32,000 nt of DNA from Candidatus Nitrospira inopinata. GTDB lineage: Bacteria; Nitrospirota; Nitrospiria; Nitrospirales; Nitrospiraceae. Where the stretch lies: positions 1,890,001 through 1,922,000 of the forward strand of contig NZ_LN885086.1 in NCBI RefSeq assembly GCF_001458695.1, written 5' to 3'. Within the stretch, counting starts at the first letter, position 1. The number at the start of each line of letters is the position of its first letter. Of this stretch, positions 14,619-22,260 are shown piece after piece. A model generated the notes under the pieces. It did not search any database. It was not told the DNA's origin and saw nothing but the letters and a program-made list of their open reading frames with translations. The translations under genes were made by a program, and so were the position numbers.

Positions 14619-16064
14619 TTACCGTTCCTCCGCGGGCGACCGGGTTTTCAGCCTCTCCAATCTCTTCTGGTCCAGACGCACGGAAAGAGACCGTTCCTGC
14701 GAGACGATGACCGCTCCGGGAGCCAGGCCTTTGGCCTTCTTGACCCACTTGCGTCTGGTGTAAATCACCTCGCCTTTTCCGCTTTTTTTCAAGTCGCTAT
14801 AAAGCAGGGCCAGGGTGGCTGCGTCGCGAACGGTTTCGGCCGGCGGATCGGCGCCCTTTTCCAGCCGGACGACAACGTGTGACCCGGGAACCCCTCTGGC
14901 GTGGAGCCAGAGATCCTCGCTTCGAGCCACGCCGAACGTCAGCTCATCGTTCTCCCTCGCGTTGCGCCCCACGAAAATCGGCAGACCATCGAACGATAAA
15001 AATCGACGGAACGGACCGCTCGACTTCGCTCCGCTCCGCGGAGAAAGGAGATGATGCGCTTGCCCGGTGGAAACGGCGCGAGGGGTCGGTGTCGACGGAG
15101 GAGTCCATGTTCCTGCTTCAATCGCCCGCAGCTCATCTTGGTACTGCGCCACCTTGCGCATCGCCTGTTCAATGCGCGGATTCAGTTCGCGCTCGGCGGC
15201 CAAGTATTTCCGATGCTTTTTGAAATACTCGGCCATGTTGTCCTGGGGAGATTTCATGGGGTCCAGAGGAATCGTGATCTCCCGAAGGTGCTCGTCAAAG
15301 TAGTCCGTCACCGTGACCATATCGGCGCCTTTTCTGATCGCTCCGATATTGGCTTTGATCAGTTCTCCATAGCGGGCGTAGTCGCGGTATCCGGCGGCTC
15401 GCGCGAGATCGTCCCGCCAGGCGTCGATCCGTCGCCGCTCTTTCTTGACGGCCTGTTGCAGCGTTCGCCGACGAGTCTCCTCGGCATGCGCTCTTGTCAA
15501 TGTCGATTCTTTTTCGGAGTAATAATCGTCGATGGCGCGGGAGACCGAGCCGTTTTCCCCGCCGATGAAGCGGATCTGCTTCGTATCGCAATCTTCGTTT
15601 TGCCGCGGGGCCGGATGAGCATACGGGTGTCCCACAAGGTTGCGTCGGTTGAAAAGACCGTGCAGGACTCGCCTATCCGCGTCGATTACGAGAATGTCGG
15701 CTTGTTTGCCGGTCAGTTCGCACACGACGGTTCTGACGCCATGCCGGCTTGCGCAGGAAATTTCAACGATGCGGTCGTTCGGGATCTGACGAATGTCGTC
15801 GATGCGGGCTCCCTGCACGTGGGCCCTGAGGAACCGGCAAAAGGCCGGAGGCGTGGGCGGGTTGGGGAGGCTGTGCCGCGTCAAATGCAGGCGGGTCGTT
15901 TCAGGCTTGCAAGAAATCAGAAGCCGATGAGTGTGGCCGGGAACGCGCACGTGAAAGATGATCGTCGAATCGGCCGGTTGCTCGACTTTTTGAATCCAGC
16001 CGCCGCGGAGAGCCGGCACAATTTCGGCCAATACGTGCTCGATCTCGGTCTTATTGAGCGTCAT
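14619..16064 (-). CDS. NFACT family protein (RqcH/FbpA-like, NFACT-N plus NFACT-R/DUF814)
   Basis: N-terminus LRGGWIQKVEQP...LLISCKPETTRLHLT...PPAFCRFLRAHVQGARI...NDRIVEI (NFACT-N). C-terminus GLPIFVGRNARENDELTFGVARSEDLWLHARGVPGSHVVV (DUF814). Confidence 0.8.
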   Translation of the reverse strand: MTLNKTEIEHVLAEIVPALRGGWIQKVEQPADSTIIFHVRVPGHTHRLLISCKPETTRLHLTRHSLPNPPTPPAFCRFLRAHVQGARIDDIRQIPNDRIVEISCASRHGVRTVVCELTGKQADILVIDADRRVLHGLFNRRNLVGHPYAHPAPRQNEDCDTKQIRFIGGENGSVSRAIDDYYSEKESTLTRAHAEETRRRTLQQAVKKERRRIDAWRDDLARAAGYRDYARYGELIKANIGAIRKGADMVTVTDYFDEHLREITIPLDPMKSPQDNMAEYFKKHRKYLAAERELNPRIEQAMRKVAQYQDELRAIEAGTWTPPSTPTPRAVSTGQAHHLLSPRSGAKSSGPFRRFLSFDGLPIFVGRNARENDELTFGVARSEDLWLHARGVPGSHVVVRLEKGADPPAETVRDAATLALLYSDLKKSGKGEVIYTRRKWVKKAKGLAPGAVIVSQERSLSVRLDQKRLERLKTRSPAEER

Positions 16065-16311
16065 CGAATCCGGCGTCGCCCCTTCCGAATCGAATAAGAG
16101 CGGGGCGTCGATGGTGTCGAAAGAAAGTCATTGCGGCCATAAATTGCGTCCTTGCCAGGGAGTCGTTCGGGGCTACACTGTACGATCGTCTTCACGAACA
16201 AGCAAGAACCGGAAAAGGGCGGCCGTGGCATCGTCATTGCTCTCCCTTCAGAGAAACGACCGATCAAAGAGGCCGGCGACAGCGACGGCCATTACTCGCC
16301 CGGAGGCTTGT

Positions 16312-16536
16312 ATGAATTGCTCAAGATGTCGGGGTTTGATGGTGGAGGACGATCTTCTCGATATTCGAGAGAGTTATGCCCCGATGTGGATTCGAGGTCT
16401 GCGCTGTGTGTCATGCGGCAATATCGTGGACCCTGTCATTCATCGGAATCGGATGCGGCGGCGAACCGGTCAACCGACGACGCTGAAACGTGATGAGCAA
16501 AAACCATCTCGGTTCCGCCTCCCCAAAGCCGCGTAG
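16312..16536 (+). CDS. Small zinc-ribbon protein (74 aa), unknown function
   Basis: The ATG at 16312 has GGAGG 5 nt upstream. MNCSRCRGLMV...LRCVSCGNIV gives two CxxC pairs, and the tail is basic. The upstream part of track ORF 16054.. is low-complexity and overlaps the start of the NFACT gene. Confidence 0.55.
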   Translation: MNCSRCRGLMVEDDLLDIRESYAPMWIRGLRCVSCGNIVDPVIHRNRMRRRTGQPTTLKRDEQKPSRFRLPKAA

Positions 16537-16744
16537 AGAAAAGAGGTCATCACTTCCTCAAACATGGCCGCTAACATCCCGACGAGCCGGACGGGTCAGA
16601 TCCGATCTGGACCGGTCCGATCTGAATCTTGGCGCCGCCACCGGCGATTGATTCGTCGAAGCCGATCTCTCGCACGGCGCAGTTGGTTTTGAGCCTACGG
16701 GGACCTGACGCCGCCCGTTCATTTTCGAGAAGACCGTTTCCTCA

Positions 16745-16773
16745 TTGCAGCTTTCCCCCCTCTGCGTTACAGT
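16745..16773 (+). promoter_or_regulatory. Putative sigma70 promoter for the HExxH gene
   Basis: TTGCAG (16745-16750), 17-nt spacer, TACAGT (16768-16773), 35 nt upstream of the ATG at 16808. Confidence 0.3.
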
Positions 16774-16807
16774 GCCGGCGCACAGGTGGTCTGATCTCGA
16801 ATCCCTC

Positions 16808-18376
16808 ATGACGCCACTGTTAAACCCGCAGGCTCTGGCGCAATTGACGGCGGAGTTCCGACTGTCCATGAGCCGGTTGCTGCAGGACCTTTGTCGAGAA
16901 TTGCGAACCGATTATCAGGACATGTCGTCTCGCCTGAATCTCCCCGTCGGGCTGTTCGAACAAATCGGCCGTTCTCTGGCCTTTGCGAGGTTTTCAACCT
17001 GGAGGGTCGTCGGATGGATCGAGACGCTCAACGACCTGGTCTATTTTCTCGATCTTCTCCAACAATGGGAAATGGAGCCGGATCGGAAGGAATTCACGCG
17101 GCAGCTTTTCGCCGAGTGTCAGGACAAATTTTTCGAGAACGGTTATCTGTCCGATCTCTTTCCTTCCGGCGGTCCGACCGGTTCGGGTTTTCAAAAGCGG
17201 CTTTCGTCTCTCTGCGGCCGCCTGGCCCGGGAAGTGACGCAGGAAGCGTTGTTCTTCGACCCCGTGCGTACGACGAAATGGGTTGGGCGGCAAACGTTGT
17301 CGGGATGGTCGACGGTCGGTTCGCTTGACGCGAACTTTGAGCGGGCCGATCCGCAGGCCGTGATTCCCGTCGGTCTGGACGATGGGTGGTGCGAGGCGCC
17401 CGATACCGTTCGCCGCCTCTTGCGACGGTCTCCCGGCCGCTCGGTCTTTCTCGTTAAGGCCGACACAATAGTCCTGCGGGTCGGACGCGCGACCGTTCCG
17501 ATTTGGTCTCAAGAAAAAGGGAAAGAGCGATGGCTCTGGAGGCGACGGGCGGAGTCGAAGGTGGCGGACACGATTCATGGTCTCGTGACGATCGGTCCCA
17601 CTCTTGTTTATGGGAGCGACCGTTCTCCTCGGAAAGTCCAGCAGACGGACACCGGACAGGTCAAGAGAATCCGCCGCGCCTGGCGCACGATTCGATCGGT
17701 CTGGCCGGAGGGCCATGCGGTCTTGGAATTGCTCACGTCGCGGATCGTGCCGCTGAAGGCCAAGGGGGTCGTCAGCTTCAGCTATCGACACAGGCCCGGC
17801 TTGTCTTTCATCAACTGTTTCGATCGCGACAATCTCGACCTGCTTGACGATCTGATCCATGAAAACAGCCACCATCACTTGAATCTGTTGCTGCGCAAGC
17901 ACGTCATGTATCGCGGCGATCGCAATCAGCGGATTTTCTATTCGCCCTGGAGACGAAGTCTCCGTCCCCTTCGCGGCATTCTGCACGCCGCCTTTACGTT
18001 CACGATGGGCGCCATGCTGTTTGAGCGGCTCTCATCATGGGCGTCCGGTCGGGAGGGAGACAAACAATGGAAGCGAGCGGGATTGACGAGGCGTGATTTG
18101 CAACGGGCCAGATTCCGCGGGTTGGAGGAAATCGAATCCGTGCGCTACGCTTTACAAGATTTGCGGTACGCCGACCGTCGCCTCGGTTGGCTGACCGGAT
18201 CGGGCCGTCGATTGGTTCGTCAGATGGAGAAGGTTATCGCCGAGGTCGAAGACCGCCTTGCGCCCCATCGCGGCGACGTGTTGCGTTCGAGGTTCGGCCC
18301 GGCCCTCCGGCGCCACGTCGAACAATTGAAGAAAGCCCGTATGACCTACGGGCCGATGCGGTTGAGCGAGGTCTAG
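16808..18376 (+). CDS. HExxH-motif protein resembling the aKG-HExxH / TIGR04267 putative peptide-modification (beta-hydroxylase) family
   Basis: LIHENSHHHLNLL (HENSH at 17858-17872) is followed about 25 aa later by YSPWRRSLRPLRGILHAAFTF (17945-17977). As I recall it, this is the family hallmark (HExxH ... PWR..pRP..G.LHg.yaF). I prefer the ATG at 16808 to the TTG at 16745. Confidence 0.7.
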   Translation: MTPLLNPQALAQLTAEFRLSMSRLLQDLCRELRTDYQDMSSRLNLPVGLFEQIGRSLAFARFSTWRVVGWIETLNDLVYFLDLLQQWEMEPDRKEFTRQLFAECQDKFFENGYLSDLFPSGGPTGSGFQKRLSSLCGRLAREVTQEALFFDPVRTTKWVGRQTLSGWSTVGSLDANFERADPQAVIPVGLDDGWCEAPDTVRRLLRRSPGRSVFLVKADTIVLRVGRATVPIWSQEKGKERWLWRRRAESKVADTIHGLVTIGPTLVYGSDRSPRKVQQTDTGQVKRIRRAWRTIRSVWPEGHAVLELLTSRIVPLKAKGVVSFSYRHRPGLSFINCFDRDNLDLLDDLIHENSHHHLNLLLRKHVMYRGDRNQRIFYSPWRRSLRPLRGILHAAFTFTMGAMLFERLSSWASGREGDKQWKRAGLTRRDLQRARFRGLEEIESVRYALQDLRYADRRLGWLTGSGRRLVRQMEKVIAEVEDRLAPHRGDVLRSRFGPALRRHVEQLKKARMTYGPMRLSEV

Positions 18377-18455
18377 AGACGATGGCTGAGGGGGACGGCG
18401 CTCCATGGTTGTTGGGGCCGTTGGATTTCGATGGTGGGTGGAGACCCCTCAGTCT

Positions 18456-19517
18456 CTACGGTTCCACCGTCACATTGACGAACGCCGGGAGACTGTCCGC
18501 GCCCCTCTTATCCGTCACCCGTAGCTTGAACCGGTAGGTCCTCGGCTCCGAAACGGGAGGCGCGAGGAAGGAGGCTTCGGAGTTATCGGCGTCAAGAAGC
18601 GCCACTTTGCTGCCGCGCACCTGACTCCAACTGTAGTAGAGCGCATCACCTTCAGGATCCCGGCTCTTTATGCCGGTCAGTTTCACTTTCGTCCCGGCTT
18701 TTACGGTTTTATCGGTTCCGGCGTCCGCGATGGGAGGCTCATTGGGCTCGTCGTTGACGTTGACTTCCACGTCCAAGCGCGCCTGTTTGCCGCGATTCGA
18801 AACGGTGATGACCGTCTTGCCGTTGCCCGTGATCTGCAGGAGGCCGTCGGGGAGGATTTTGATGACGCGGGGATCGGATGAATCATAGGCGGTGCCCGTC
18901 TCCGGCCTGGTGATTCTGCGGGTCACGCCGTCGGAGAATTCGCCGACGACCGGCAGTTCGAAGATTTTTCCCAGAGAATCCACGTGGCCGAAGGCGGACG
19001 ATTGCCCCGTCCGTCCCAGTTGCAGAGGTTTGTCGGTCTCAAAGTCAATCGCATGAAGGACGGCCTCCGGCTCCACGGACACTATGAGTTCATCGAACAC
19101 GGAACGGGTGCCGAGTCGTCCCCGTGAGACGTCCGCGACCGCCAACAATCGCATCGGTCCGATTCCATCCTGTGGAACGGGCAAGGCCCCACCGAACGGC
19201 GGATCTTGTTCGGCTGTTCCGATCATGGTCACGGGCGCGATAATCGAGCCTGTGGCCGTCGCGTCGTCCTGTTCGACTAAAACCTCGTCTCCTTCGCGAG
19301 ACCAATAATAGCGGACCTTGACGATGCCGCGGTCCGTGCCTAAGTCCACGCGGGCGCTGACGGTGCCGCCGGCCTTGAGAACGGCGCCTTCCGGTGGTTC
19401 GATGATTTTGAAGGCGGAGGCGGTCTCGATGCTCCACGGCGCGGCGAAGCTCGCAAGAGCGGATGCAAGTCCCATCGCGCGCATCAGATGATCCGTCCGT
19501 CCTCCGGTTGTTCGCAT
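18456..19517 (-). CDS. Secreted protein with Big_2-like and PKD-like Ig-fold domains
   Basis: Signal peptide ...MRAMGLASALASFAAPWSIETASA. Big_2-like segment VVGEFSDGVTRRITRPETGTAYDSSDPRVIKILPDGLLQITGNGKTVITV. PKD-like segment PIADAGTDKTVKAGTKVKLTG..SRDPEGDALYYSWSQ. The start (19517, 19484 or 19475) is uncertain. Track ORF residues upstream of 19517 overlap the permease gene. Confidence 0.7.
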   Translation of the reverse strand: MRTTGGRTDHLMRAMGLASALASFAAPWSIETASAFKIIEPPEGAVLKAGGTVSARVDLGTDRGIVKVRYYWSREGDEVLVEQDDATATGSIIAPVTMIGTAEQDPPFGGALPVPQDGIGPMRLLAVADVSRGRLGTRSVFDELIVSVEPEAVLHAIDFETDKPLQLGRTGQSSAFGHVDSLGKIFELPVVGEFSDGVTRRITRPETGTAYDSSDPRVIKILPDGLLQITGNGKTVITVSNRGKQARLDVEVNVNDEPNEPPIADAGTDKTVKAGTKVKLTGIKSRDPEGDALYYSWSQVRGSKVALLDADNSEASFLAPPVSEPRTYRFKLRVTDKRGADSLPAFVNVTVEP

Positions 19518-19522
19518 TCCCC

Positions 19523-21346
19523 TTACCTTGTCAAATGGAACGGCACGTCGGTCAAAACCACCCGCTCTTTGAACAACAGCGCGGCTTTCAACATGAGCGC
19601 CCGTTGGTTGTGCAGAATGTTTTGCCACCAACGCGCCGGGAGAATTTCCGGGAGCACGACGGTGATCCAGCAATCCGGGTCTTTTTGCCGTTGCTCTTCG
19701 ATAAAGTCCATGATCGATCCCAGCACGGAACGGTAAGGAGACGGCAGAACAATCAAGGGAATGCCGCAGCCCCATTGCGCCCACTGGATTTCCGCAAGGG
19801 CGGTTTCTTCTTTATTGACGTCCACCAAAATCGCCCTGATTTCTCCGCCGCGACTTCTGGCGTAATCGACGGCCCGCACCACGGATTTGTTCACTCCGCT
19901 GATCGGAAGGAGCACCAGGTTTCGTCGGGGATGGGGAGGGCGGGAATCCCGCGCGAGCGCGATCTGCTCCTTGACGGCCAAGTAGTGCGAGCGAATGCCG
20001 CGAAACATGAGGATCAGGAGAGGAATCAGGAAGAGAACGATCCATGAGCCGTCCCAGAATTTCGTCGTGGCGATGATGAGCGTGGCGATGCCGGTCGTAA
20101 GCGCCCCCATGCCGTTGACGACGAGTTTTTTTCTCCAGTGTTCTCCCTTGCGTTTGAGCCAACTTTGAACCATTCCCGACTGTGAAATGGTGAAAGACAT
20201 AAACACGCCGATGGCGTAGAGCGGGATCAACGCGTGGGTGTCTCCTTCAAACACGACGAGCAGCAAGCAGGCGAACACTCCAAGGAGGACGATGCCGTTC
20301 GAGAAGACCAGACGATCGCCGATCGACGCCATCTGATGCGGCATGAATCCGTCTCTGGCCAGGATCGACGCCAAATGGGGAAAACCCGCGAACGCGCTGT
20401 TGGCGGCCAGGATCAAGAGAATCATGGTGCCGATTTGGACGGCGTAATACAGAACGCCGGTTCCGAACGTCAGACGGGCCAGTTGGGAGACGACTGTCTC
20501 ATCGGGTTTAGGAATAACGTGGTAGTGATAGGCCATCCAACTCACGCCCATAAAGAGCGAGCCTAAAATGAGAGACATCCAAATCATGGTCACGGCGGCG
20601 TTTTTCGATTCGGGGTAACGAAACGCCTTCACGCCGTTCGAGATGACTTCCATGCCAGTGACCGCCGAGCAGCCGACCGCAAAGGCCCGAAGAAGCAAAA
20701 ACAGCGTGATGGGCTCCGCCTGCTCGATCGGGGAGACCGAAACTCCCGTCGCCGGATCGAGTTTCGGATCGAACAGGGATCGCGCCACTCCCACGATGAC
20801 GAGGAGACTGAGTCCGGCGATGGCGAAGTACGTCGGGATGGAAAAAAACGTGCCCGACTCCCGGACGCCGCGCAAGTTCATGATGACGATGAAGAGAATC
20901 GTCACAAGCCCGAGCGCTTCACGATGGGGGAAGAGACCTGGCACTGCCGAGGTGAGCGCCGCGATTCCCGCCGCGATGCTGACCGCCACGGTGACGACGT
21001 AGCTGATCATCAAGGCCCCGGCCGCGACCAGCGATGGCAGCTCCCCCAGGTTCGCCTTGGCGACGGTATAGGCTCCGCCTCCTTCCGGGTACTCATAGAT
21101 GATTTGTCGATAGGAGATGGTGAGAATCAGTACGAGGAACAGGATGGCCAGACTGACCGGAATCGACCATGCGATGGCGGCCGCGCCTCCCAGGACGAGA
21201 ACCAACAAGATTTCTTCCGTCGCATAGGCGACGGAAGAAATATTGTTAGAAGAAAAAATGGCGAGCGCGAGGGTTTTTGATAATCGCTGGTCTCCGGCCT
21301 GAGCTGTCTTCAGCGGGTCGCCGACCAGCCAGCGTTTGAGAAGCAT
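19523..21346 (-). CDS. APC superfamily permease (amino acid/polyamine type) with a roughly 170-aa cytoplasmic C-terminal domain
   Basis: N-terminus LSKTLALAIFSSNNISSVAYATEEILLVL, then about 12 hydrophobic segments and a soluble tail. It ends 5 nt before the Big_2/PKD gene. Confidence 0.8.
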   Translation of the reverse strand: MLLKRWLVGDPLKTAQAGDQRLSKTLALAIFSSNNISSVAYATEEILLVLVLGGAAAIAWSIPVSLAILFLVLILTISYRQIIYEYPEGGGAYTVAKANLGELPSLVAAGALMISYVVTVAVSIAAGIAALTSAVPGLFPHREALGLVTILFIVIMNLRGVRESGTFFSIPTYFAIAGLSLLVIVGVARSLFDPKLDPATGVSVSPIEQAEPITLFLLLRAFAVGCSAVTGMEVISNGVKAFRYPESKNAAVTMIWMSLILGSLFMGVSWMAYHYHVIPKPDETVVSQLARLTFGTGVLYYAVQIGTMILLILAANSAFAGFPHLASILARDGFMPHQMASIGDRLVFSNGIVLLGVFACLLLVVFEGDTHALIPLYAIGVFMSFTISQSGMVQSWLKRKGEHWRKKLVVNGMGALTTGIATLIIATTKFWDGSWIVLFLIPLLILMFRGIRSHYLAVKEQIALARDSRPPHPRRNLVLLPISGVNKSVVRAVDYARSRGGEIRAILVDVNKEETALAEIQWAQWGCGIPLIVLPSPYRSVLGSIMDFIEEQRQKDPDCWITVVLPEILPARWWQNILHNQRALMLKAALLFKERVVLTDVPFHLTR

Positions 21347-21735
21347 GGCGGCATTATCTCATAAAGTTTTTAGAGGGTGAAAGTTCATGTGTCCGCTGTC
21401 ATGGGACAAAAGACTCAGCGGGCCGGTTCCACCTAATGACCCATCGGCCGATCGATCTCCTGCTCTCGATGACGGGTCATCGAGATACGTCGGTGCATGC
21501 GGCAAACACGGCGATGGCGACCGACGGGAAAGTTGAAAATAATTTGCCGAGGGCGGCTTGTGAGATACAGTTGGACTTCGAAAGGTCGTCGTGAGAAGAC
21601 AAGTGTACACGACGAACATTCCTTTTGGGGAATTCCCGCTGTCGGCGACGGTGAAAAGCTCGATCGGTTTCCTGGTATGACCTGTTCGCTCGACGGCAGG
21701 TGACGCGAAGAGGGATTTGAAGAAAGGGCGACGGG

Positions 21736-22137
21736 ATGGAGCCAATGGGCAGCGAGACGGACTCAAACCGACGGTTCGCCCACTTGCGCCGCCATTGTCG
21801 TGTTCGTATTGCGACGCCGTTTCCTTGTTTGTTTGCGTTGGTCAGTCCGAATCGGCGGCTTGCGGTCGAGCAAGGCGACGTCGGGGTCGTCTATGACATG
21901 TCAGCAAAGGGCGCTCGCATGATGACCGAGGCGGTGATCTCGCCCGGTGATCGCATCGCACTCAGCCTGCAATTTCCACATCATACCTCTCCCACGATCA
22001 TCGAGCTCGCGACCGTTCGTTGGGGAAGGGCGCAGACCTATGGCATCGAGTTCGACGATCGTTCGCTGATAGCCGATGCCGGCCTTCACACGCTTTCGGG
22101 CCGTTCCTCGCGGCAGTTCCCTGTGTCTGTTCCCTGA
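21736..22137 (+). CDS. PilZ domain protein (putative c-di-GMP receptor)
   Basis: RRHCR (RxxxR) and DMSAKG (D/NxSxxG) motifs with the expected spacing. Confidence 0.7.
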   Translation: MEPMGSETDSNRRFAHLRRHCRVRIATPFPCLFALVSPNRRLAVEQGDVGVVYDMSAKGARMMTEAVISPGDRIALSLQFPHHTSPTIIELATVRWGRAQTYGIEFDDRSLIADAGLHTLSGRSSRQFPVSVP

Positions 22138-22260
22138 CCTTTCGGTCCTTCGATCCCACCGACGCCCGTTTCCGTCGCCATGCGCTTGCCCTGGGGAGGG
22201 ATCGGCTTTCCTCGCCGTCGCGCGATAGCTTTGTCCGAAGATTTCCTTGGAGTGTCGCAA

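Noticed and set aside
15051-16097. 348-aa ORF antisense to the NFACT gene
   Set aside because: Shadow ORF. The minus strand carries clear NFACT-N and DUF814 motifs.
16054-16311. N-terminal extension of the zinc-ribbon ORF (the track ORF starts at 16054)
   Set aside because: The extension is low-complexity (Ser/Arg/Lys) and overlaps the divergent NFACT start codon. It also lacks an RBS, whereas the ATG at 16312 has GGAGG at ideal spacing.
16564-16692. 42-codon Arg-rich micro-ORF (MAANIPTSRTGQIRSGPVRSESWRRHRR...) between the zinc-ribbon and HExxH genes, considered as a possible precursor peptide
   Set aside because: There is no convincing RBS, since AAGAGG lies about 17 nt away. The composition is what GC-rich non-coding DNA yields, and there is no leader/core-like organisation. 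It should be revisited only if it proves conserved in homologous loci.
16994-17986. 330-aa ORF antisense to the HExxH gene
   Set aside because: It has no motifs and a Pro/Arg-rich composition. The plus frame carries the HExxH and PWR..RP blocks.
18386-18452. 8-bp inverted repeat CTGAGGGG / CCCCTCAG spanning the convergent HExxH/PKD intergenic region, considered as a bidirectional terminator
   Set aside because: The loop is about 51 nt and neither side has a T-tract. It may still fold, but I cannot call it an intrinsic terminator.
21359-21766. 135-aa minus-strand ORF in the permease/PilZ divergent intergenic region
   Set aside because: It overlaps the PilZ start, has no RBS or motif, and has a Pro/Ser-rich composition. 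The region is more plausibly a divergent promoter region.
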